DNA from: Octopus vulgaris
Taxonomy: Eukaryota
Assembly: GCA_951406725.2 (NCBI GenBank)
Contig: OX597816.1
Location: 145,576,001 to 145,640,000 of the forward strand
DNA: 64,000 nt
Direction: 5' to 3'
Positions 52,701 through 64,000 of the stretch are shown in pieces (the first letter of the stretch is position 1; every line of letters begins with the position of its first letter). The position numbers were made by a program, and so were the translations under genes. The notes beneath the pieces are model-generated. The model was not told where the DNA came from. It searched no databases and saw only the letters and a list, made by a program, of their open reading frames with translations.

Positions 52701-53670
52701 TTTGCAATTGCATAATTTTCTAAACTCAAGCTGACAACGGCATATAAAAGTTTTAGTAGCTGTAGGGAGATATTTACTATGACATGAACGGCATATAAAT
52801 TCTCTCTGGGCAATGGGAATTACTTACAAGACAGTATTCTTTGATTTATCCAATATATTACAATCCAACGGGAAGAGTAAAAACATTCACCAAATACCTA
52901 ACTTACTGAAAACTTTCTATAATTTATATGTAGAATATTTGGAAAGGCAGATATATCAATATGTACACAATATCAAAATATTGATAACATAATATATGTG
53001 TTCCTGTTATATACTGACACTTCCTTCACCAAAACTTCGAATCGAGACAAGTGACCGCCCGCAACAATTTCTCATTTAAATCTCATCAGATAGTAAGGTT
53101 TTCGTAGCATAATTACAAATGGTGACTCATGCTTTGTCCAGAGTATTACAATTTTGATCCTATTATCTCTCACTACAACAGCAGCATTCACTTAATGACT
53201 GCAAACAACCACGTTGGCTTCCATCAATTTGTTCAGCTATCAAATAGTTATCTCCACAAAATCTGGAATAATGCATCTACGCAGAGACTATATAAAAGAC
53301 AAAAGTCTTAAACCCTTAAGGTGGTGATTCAGCACGGCTTTCACAGTGATGGGTAAGACAAACTAAATGCAAAATACAAACTAGACTTACGAAGAAATAG
53401 AAAGAGGTGAATGTATATTGCGGAGTAAAATATTTCTGCATATGTCTATATGGAATTATGCGTGTCACAACTTCAGTTTCATTGCGATATTGTGTTGCCT
53501 GAAATATCATCGTTTTATAAAAATCCATTCTTGAAATGGAATTTTGTATAAATAAATAAACTATATACATACATACACACACACACACACATATATATAT
53601 ATGCACGTATATACACATACGCTATATGCACGGATATGTATATGCATATGCATATATACATATATATATG

Positions 53671-53707
<37 letters not shown>

Positions 53708-53745
53708 ATATATATGCTATATGCACGTATATGTATATGCATATG

Positions 53746-53783
<38 letters not shown>

Positions 53784-55330
53784 ACTAAACATACATACAT
53801 GCGCTCATGCATACATACATACATACATACATACAAATATAGCTGCTTGTTTTATGTGTCTGCGTATGTATACAGAAGAGAGGGAGAGGGAAAGGGAGAG
53901 AGATACAGTGGGAGAGGATAGGCAACAAAATAACGTCCGTGGGAGAAATGTTAAGATGATGTACTTAGACAATATTCATCTGAAACATTCTTGAAGATAG
54001 TCACAAAGGGAAAAGAAAAAGAGAAAAAAGAAAGAATACAGATTCGTGAGAAAAGGTGGAAATGCGAGATAACCATTCAACACAAGAATAAAATGGAAAG
54101 GATGAGCGACAGGATACAAAATGAAATACACAAGAAGAAAAGAAGATTAAGTATTTTAAGGAGAAATATTCGAGACATTTATTTGATAAAGAAGTATGTA
54201 GTCGAGTGAGCGAGCGTGAGGGTACCGTCAACTGTAGAGATCAAACTGTGTTGTTGAAGAATGACAACAAAGATAATGTATGTGAAAGAGAGAAAGAGAG
54301 AGAACCAGAGATATCAAGATATAAAGGAATACTTCTAGAAGGAGGGGAAATAATGAGAGAAGGAGAGAGAGAGCGCGCGGCAGAGAGTAAAACAACAGAT
54401 AAACACGAGATAAATAAGAGATAAATAAAATAAGTTATATATTTAGTGATACAATGTTATAGTGATAGAAGCAGTATGAGAGCTGGATATCGCATAACTG
54501 TGAGAAAGAAAGCTGATATCGCATGAATGAAAGATATGCTGGTGTAATATACTTGAGCATAAAAACAAACATTAAGATGGTTGGTTGCAATGAAAAAATA
54601 TCTTGACAGTTTGATGAATGATATAAAACTTTGTGTAAGAGGTATTTGCATATTTCTATGCATTGCAGAATATCTTTTGAAAATAATCTTCATAATGATT
54701 AGACAATAAAATAAAATAAAACGTGGTATAAAAAATTGCAGGACCCGTATGAAATCGATAATTGCACCAAAATTAATGGCAGCATTGACAGATCGAATAA
54801 CTACGTATAATTTATCTGATTTGGTTTCCTGATTTGGTTTGTCTTTGTGAGTATAGTGTTAGTAGTATTGATAATATTCTTTGCATTATTTTTCTCTTGA
54901 TGTTTATAGTAGTTTTTTAATTGTTTGTGTTAATATTAATATTGCTATGGTTGCCTGGTTGAAGCTAGTGGTGATATAGTGTTAGATATATAGATGTCAT
55001 ATATGAAGAAGTTTTAAAAACTGTTGATTTTTTATTCTCCTCATTGCTACGTTGTTATTTCTTATTTTTATCCATTGATCAACTTTGTTGTGCAAACAAT
55101 GCTATCCCTTCATTATTTCAGACATTCCTTATCTAAGACTACATTTACACATTAACAAATGTTTGCTATATTTTTTTTAATGTTTTATAAATTTATTCTA
55201 TTTGGATTTCTCTAATTTTCAAGCAGGGCCCAATGACTCAGCGAAAGAGTGTTGTGTTAATGCCCCCAAAATCAAATCACGCATGGCTGGGTTATTTTTT
55301 GTCATCTAAAAAACACACACACACAAATAT

Positions 55331-55391
<61 letters not shown>

Positions 55392-57061
55392 ATTTGTATG
55401 TATGTATATATGTATGTATGTATATATGTATGTATTTGATGGTCATTTACTCTCCTGAGTTTTTCCATCTTCCTTCATATTGTATTCCTATAAGAAATTG
55501 AACTCAGCAAACCAACTTTTATTGCATTTATTACACATGAGTTCATCACTGCCGAAGCTGACTTATGACAAAGACATTATGTTCATGATTACTCCATTCT
55601 TCTATTGAGCATTTCATATCTCGCATTGAATTTTCTTTTGAAAGATCGTCAAGTGTATTTACTGCGAGATGCGTCTGTACTTCTTACTAGATACATCCAT
55701 CACCCAATTTCTCTCTCCTAAACACATACATGGTATGTCTTTATTTGTGTCTTTTGCTTGCTACCCACAACGATCAACTCATCATTGTGCAAGCCGCTTG
55801 GCGTTCTGTTTTGATTATAGGTCTGCTCAACCAGAAATGATCTGAGGCTAAACAACAACGGGAGCAATAAAATCTGAAACACTGCGGATTAGGTTTATTT
55901 TATTCTAATTCTAAAAACATATATTCGCTATTTATTGGGGTGACACTTATTCAGGTGACTCTAGATTCTACTAGTCATAATAAATTGCCTACCTAATCGC
56001 AGTCTCAGTAATAATTTCACTTTTTGGAATCGAGTTTGAGACATTTTGTTGCGACATCGGCTAATACTTTCTAGCTACTATTATAAAATGAAATTGCTTT
56101 TGCCAAAGCAATGTAATGTTTTAAACAGGCAATTTGCTCTGGAGCGTTATATATCTGCATTATTTTTAAAGCAGTTTGTAATTTTGGTGTTTTTGATTGC
56201 AAGTTTTAGCTGTTCAATTTACCGCATTTAGATTCACTTTTTGTCTAGTGTTGCTGTTAAAGGTTTATGGTTTTCTGTTTATGAAGTGTCATTATTGCCG
56301 AAAGTGTTACCGCATGTTATATTATCGTTGGTGATCTGATATCATAATGAATAACGATTCTGTTGGTGAATATATTGCTATATTTTTTACGCATATTTCA
56401 AGATCCTGTCATCATAAAATTTTATTCTATATAATTTTGGAATGAATCATATGATTACTTTATGTAAAAATCTGCATCTAGTTTAGAATGCAGATGTGGC
56501 TATTATAAATAGACGACTTGACTCATATCTTTAAAGTTAAGCTATTATGGGTTATATAATTTCAACATTCTAATTACTGTTTTGTTAGAATTATTTAACC
56601 TATGGTGAAATATGATTCAGCAGAACTATATAAAAAAAAGGACTCTTTCGTAAAAATGCAATATTTCATTTATGTATTTACTAGGATTCCACTTCAGATC
56701 TTTATGAAAAAAATATTGGATATGCGTTCTGAAAGATCTATTTGAACGATGTTTCCGGCATGTTGATCAAACGTGTGTATGCGTATCGTAATCTATATGT
56801 AAAATATACTGCTGGGATAAGCTATCTTTGGGGGTGGGGGTGGGGGAAATTGGAAGTTCTTTAAGTAATCACTTCCAGCTACACACAACCTTTGTGTTAT
56901 AAACCTGAGATACATGTGGAGAACGCCGCATTTAGTTTTTATAAAATGCATAATAGATTCTTTTATAACATACTTGCTACGGTTTAGTATTTCAATAGGA
57001 TTTAAAGAAAAATGTAATGAAGTGAACGTGGCTGCATTTGGTAAATTCATAAAAAATATTC

Positions 57062-57100
<39 letters not shown>

Positions 57101-59932
57101 AGTGTGTATGAACGCTTGTGTGTATATATGTATGTATATTATATTGTATAAACACACCCAAAATTGTGCAGCTGGGAGAAATTCACTTGATCTGTTCTGG
57201 GAACTATATGAGCATGTAAGATTCTTTTAGTTATTTTTTGCTATTCACTTTTCTCTTCAATCATTCACTGTAGCTATATATCTTCACAATGTTTCTGCTA
57301 TTATTCTTATATGATGTTTTTCCTAACTTCACCAACGCAAAGTATTCTAGTATTTCCTCGCGCCTCTATATCTTGTTTGCACCTTGAGCAAATTATGCTA
57401 AAACATCCTTCAGTCAACCTTTATCCACATCATAGAATTTTCATCTATTACCAAATCTGATTGTATTGCCTTGAATACTTATATCCATTTATCCTTGCCA
57501 AAACTGAGATCGGCGTTATTTGAAAGCTAGAAATTAATTAAAATTTAATAACAAATAATAGATTTCCTTAATTTGATCTATAATGTCGAACTATTTTACT
57601 CTATACATTTTACATGAGGTACGAAAACAATACTCTATATCATGAAGTTGTACGCCAGAATAAAAAGTTGCATTACAACTGATGTTTTAAATTATGGTTA
57701 AAACATCAAGATATGTACAAAGCTTTCCTATAGCAAAACATATTACTTGTCCTTGTTTCACTTGGTTTCTTAGGCAAACTATTTTAGTAAAGCCTCCAAT
57801 CCACTAATATACAGAAACTGTGCTGTACCTAGGCTCGTCGGATATTCTGTACATTGTTTCGTTGTTGGACTTAATTTCAACCTAATTTAAAGCAACTAAC
57901 TTGTCCTTGTTTAGTTTTACAGGAGTTCGTTGTGCTGGTGGTTTTCGGTCGTGTGTCTGACAATAATTCACTAGTCTTATGATCTGTCTGCATCGAAGAA
58001 ACTCTTGATTTGTGATTGCTTCCATACCTTTCTCCAAGCTACTTCCAAAATCTCAAGAATGCTCACATTGTACTTCAAACAAAACGACAATTTTGTGTTA
58101 AAATCGTCTTCATTATATGTTTTGATTAGAAAATTTGACAGTAAAATTAGTAAAGGTCTTTCGCATAGATACCAGAAACTGAAACCTATTGTCTATTCCT
58201 CGGCATATGTATTAGAAAGTGAAAACTACTGTCCAGTCCTTGGGTTCTCGGCTCCTTCATAATACCTTCACGAAGACAACGAAAAGTGCTATTGCAAATG
58301 ATTTCACTCATTGGACTAAACAATATAAAAATAAAAATAAAAAAATAAAATGATAAGTAATGATAATAATTTCGTCAATTATTGCAATGTTCTGGCATTT
58401 ATACGTAATGCGCAATTAGATATTTTGATACTCAGTATTTATGAATCAATTAATGAATTAAATTAGTAAAATATTTTAGTCAATGTCGGAAGCGGTTTCC
58501 GTTTTCACAACGCTGAAAATTCTAATCCACTTAATCATTTTAAGGGGATGCTTTCTTTATTTTAATCTACGTAATTAGCATAAGGCAAACTTGGATAATA
58601 TTTATGATTTCTCCAAATTAGAGGCAAATATATTCAACCGGTAATTAAGTCTTGTTTGCCCCTTGTTTTACCAGGAATTTTCATATTCTTTACGGTGGTT
58701 CTCGATTATAATGCCCCCTCAAATAATCACGGGACACAAACATAAACATGCAGGTCCAGTCGACTTAATTTATACATGTGTACTTGGTATAAATATTTGA
58801 ATTTAAAAAGCAGGGAAATAAAAATATCAGAAAGCAGGGGAATAGCAAAAATATATATTTATTATAAAACGTGGAAGTTGATTTCTGTGATGTCGCCATT
58901 TAAAAACATGGTATTAGGCCAAAATAGGAAGTCTTGTCCTCGGAAAATAACGATTATTAACGTTACCAGCTGCGATACATTCAAAATTTAATTTCGTCAT
59001 TGATAACAATAGTACTTCACACAAGAAAACTAAACAATTGTGCGGAGTGACACGATAACTGATAAGAGTCGATGACAAAGCAAATTCTGGCGAGGTTTAT
59101 AAAGGCACACGTTTTCATGGTTGTCAGAATATATCTTGCAATTGTATCCGCCATGTATGACTGCGAGCAGTCTTTTTCTAATAACAATGCACCTGCGCAG
59201 ATACATTCTAGAAATGAAAGACTATCGTTTTATTGGAAAACAAAATGTGACCTTTAGCTTCATTTCATTTCATATATGCAATGAAGGTTGTTGATTTAGC
59301 AAAAACCTTTTAATGCTTTTTCTTATTTATTTATTTGATTTAATACTGCCTGTTCCAAAAAGAAATAGAAAATTCTAGATGAAAACAAATAAAGTTTAAG
59401 AAGAATTAAAAGTTAGTCAGCTCAGATTTACAGCAGTTTTTATGTTTGGAATCTTATACATATTAAGCTATGTAATTCTGTAATATGTTAAAAACTAAGA
59501 GTAAATTTGCGTATAATGAAGGTTTAGACGCGTTGATTGTGAAAAGTATAGAATATTTAATTGATTGGTCATGTGACAAAGACGTTGAAGGCGCTTAAGC
59601 AGATATATATGGCAAATGAAATGAAGGGAAAGTTTGTAATAGAAAGGATATAATACGTCTCTTATTTTCGAAGTTCAGAATTCAAATTAACAGTTTCATG
59701 CCACCACAATTAAAGGAGAACTTAATCCGAACCTAATGCCTACTTAAATGGAAATTACCATTTGATTTATGGAATAAATGTATCTGATTATATATGCTAT
59801 CAAGACTTCATCATCGGGGGCTTACAATGCTAACAATTTAGAAACTACAAAGTTATTTCTATGTGATTAAGACACTATAAATTCAGTTCTCGCGCTGCGT
59901 AATGACTGGTATACATATCTCTGTCGCTTTCT

Positions 59933-59975
<43 letters not shown>

Positions 59976-60369
59976 GCTATACAAATCCCTGCTTGTCTTT
60001 CTATGTATTTATCTATCCAAATCAAACTTATACATTAAATTTACGTGGATATTCGCCTGCATTGTACTTTCACTTTCCATCGCTTCAAGTTCTCATTGTA
60101 CTTTTCTCAAGTCAATCCTACTCCTGTTACACTTTTAGTCTTATTCCATAGAATACAGTACACGAAATATTATATCAAGTAACATTTGCTACGCCTTTGA
60201 GCACCAAACTAATAAATTTCATCCTGAAATACCCACCAACGTTTTTCTTTGTAACTTATTGCTATGTATGACTATCATACACACTAGTATGAGTACGTGT
60301 GAGAGCCCATGTATCTATGCAAATCTATTTATGTAGAAGTTGTGTCAGCAACTGATAGTGGTGCGAAAC

Positions 60370-60925
60370 TCCTACGGTTGTAGAGGGCCACACGGGAGTG
60401 GCAGTCACGACTGCATTTAAAGGAGTTCTCTACCGGCGCTACTGGTTTTCCTTTCGTTGTGTGGGCTTATCCTTGGTTGTAAGTTCCTGCTTCTTTTCCA
60501 TCGCCTCATCCCCCTTGGCAGCATTTGTCTCCAGTGTGAGTGATCATTTGCAACCTCTTCTTATTTCAGAACATCCTGATCCTTGAAACGACGATGAGGT
60601 CACCCTCGTGATCTTGGACCGGTGGTCAATTCCTCATACAAGAGGTCTCTTGGGATCCCCACCTCCGGCATGCGATGTACATGACCGAGCCAGTGCAGAC
60701 GACACTGCTGGGTAAAGGTAAATATATTTGGTACCTTGGTACAGTTAAGGACTTTGCTGCTGATGATGCAGTCGGTTCACTTGATATACAAGATGCGAAA
60801 TTACAATAGTGAAAGACGTTGAGACGTCACTCTTATCGGGAGGAGAGGTTCCGTGTCTCACTGCCGTAAAATAGTGTACTGTAGATGCACGCTTTATAGA
60901 TAGCAATCTTGATGCTATCGTGACT
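60370..60925 (-). mobile_element. Decayed RTE-clade LINE 3' fragment
   Basis: IAIYKACIYSTLFYGSET, RLHWLGHVHRMPEVGIPRDLLYEEL..G..RG*P..RFKD and CSRDCHSRVALY. Confidence 0.85.
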
Positions 60926-61046
60926 CCCTCTCACTGACGGCTGCTATCATCATCCTCATCATAGAAAACATTCTTGTCAGTTATCGCCACTCAACAGTAA
61001 GCCTGCTCTTTTCCTCCGTTAGATTCATTCTGTTTCTTATATAGCA

Positions 61047-61095
<49 letters not shown>

Positions 61096-62049
61096 GCTAA
61101 AGTTGGTTCAAGCTGACCCAGCGTGATCCTGTTCGAAGAAAACTTGCTGGCTTTTTCTTTTATTTATTGCCTTGATCTCTATATGTCCCAAATTGCTTCC
61201 ATTCTTCCCCCTAACCCCCACCACACTAACCAAACAGCTTTTGAGACTAGTGATTCGCTGCAAAGTTTTCTCTTTGGGCAACAGCACGAAAATAAAAATA
61301 AGATGGCAACAATTATAGTATTAAGCAACTGTAACTCCAACGCTGACCTTCGATGTATGTAAGACTTTCGTCGTTTTTAACTGAACTTCTACTAAAGTTC
61401 TTTGCCTTCCAAATCTGTACCCCTCTCTGACAGACCCTCTCTCTCTCTCTTTCTCTCTCTTTACTTATTAAACCACAGTATCACTGGTGTGGGGCCGTCG
61501 GCGACCAAACCAGAAAATCCACTGATCTTGTTTTGTGAGGATGTGTTTCTTGCTATTTGATCACCCTGCAGGATTAATTAGGTGCTCGGGCTGACTCCTT
61601 CAAGTACTTGATATACATACATGCATAAATAGTAATTATTTAAGCATTGGGTACATATCTAATAGTTAGATAGTGAACCACGTTCACTGCCTATGACAAT
61701 ATAACGTCATGCATGGCATATTTACAGCTGTTGCTGGATCTAACTTAGCAATTCTACAGTCTTCGTCAAATATATATAACAAATGATAGAGACGGAAAAT
61801 GGAATATTCGAGAAACTTTATTGCTCACCGAGACCGTTTCGACCCATTATACACCGATCCATCACGGGCGGGATACTGTACAACTGGTTGTGGAACATCC
61901 CTCTATACAAAAGTGTCTCGTCATGCAATTTTACAAGGGGTGTCTCGTTAAGTAAACCATCTTTCTCTCGGTTCTAATACGGTATGTTGTATTAAGCAAA
62001 TCTGGTATTTATCTACGATACGCTTAAGATACAGTCTATTCACAGTTTG

Positions 62050-63610
<1,561 letters not shown>

Positions 63611-64000
63611 CTATGTTTACGCCTGATACATACATTTTAGTAGCCTATATCTTTTTACTGTAAACATTTTTAAAATTGATGAAAATACATAGAAACAGTT
63701 TTTTCCTACTATTTCTGTGAACTAATGAGATATTGTTTTATTTATCAAACAGATATTTATATGTAACCCTCTTATTATTTTTTTTATATATTGAAAAAAT
63801 CTGCTATTATATCTGCTGTATAAACCCACTACCAGTCGCAAAATAGGAATTACAATATATTGTCAGTTTTTCCGTTTACCTATTTCAGAGAAGAGGAGGA
63901 GAGATTTGCAACTGACTGAATGCATTAGGTGTCTGATTACCCGCTGGGGCGTCGACGCCATATAACACCTCTACTCCATCTGTTCTATTACGCTTTATTC

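Noticed and set aside
63868-63965. Possible acceptor (tttcag) followed by a short open frame and a ggcgtcgacgcc palindrome
   Set aside because: Short, with no recognisable product, and at the window edge.

Overview
AT-rich, microsatellite-dense eukaryotic DNA. The SINE families and (TA)n/(CA)n load suggest a cephalopod such as Octopus (inference, no search run). I found no convincing host protein-coding exon; most listed ORFs are translated microsatellites. Main contents: (1) A full-length, nearly intact CR1-group APE-RT LINE at ~14308-19137 (+). Its ORF1, once one TGA is repaired, reads as Myb/SANT-like domain + polyglutamine + two CCCH zinc fingers. Its ORF2 is broken only by three single-base homopolymer indels. 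(2) A cluster of fold-back or tandem elements sitting in or next to TA-rich microsatellites, several with type I hammerhead ribozyme motifs. Canonical cores lie at 47359-47442 (+) and 19471-19556 (-), with further variant or decayed copies, and a Penelope-type RT relic lies at ~49380-49745. (3) Two copies of a non-autonomous Helitron-like family. (4) Decayed R4/Dong, RTE, CR1, Tc1 and mariner fragments and two tRNA-type SINE families. All alignments, translations and folds were done by eye.
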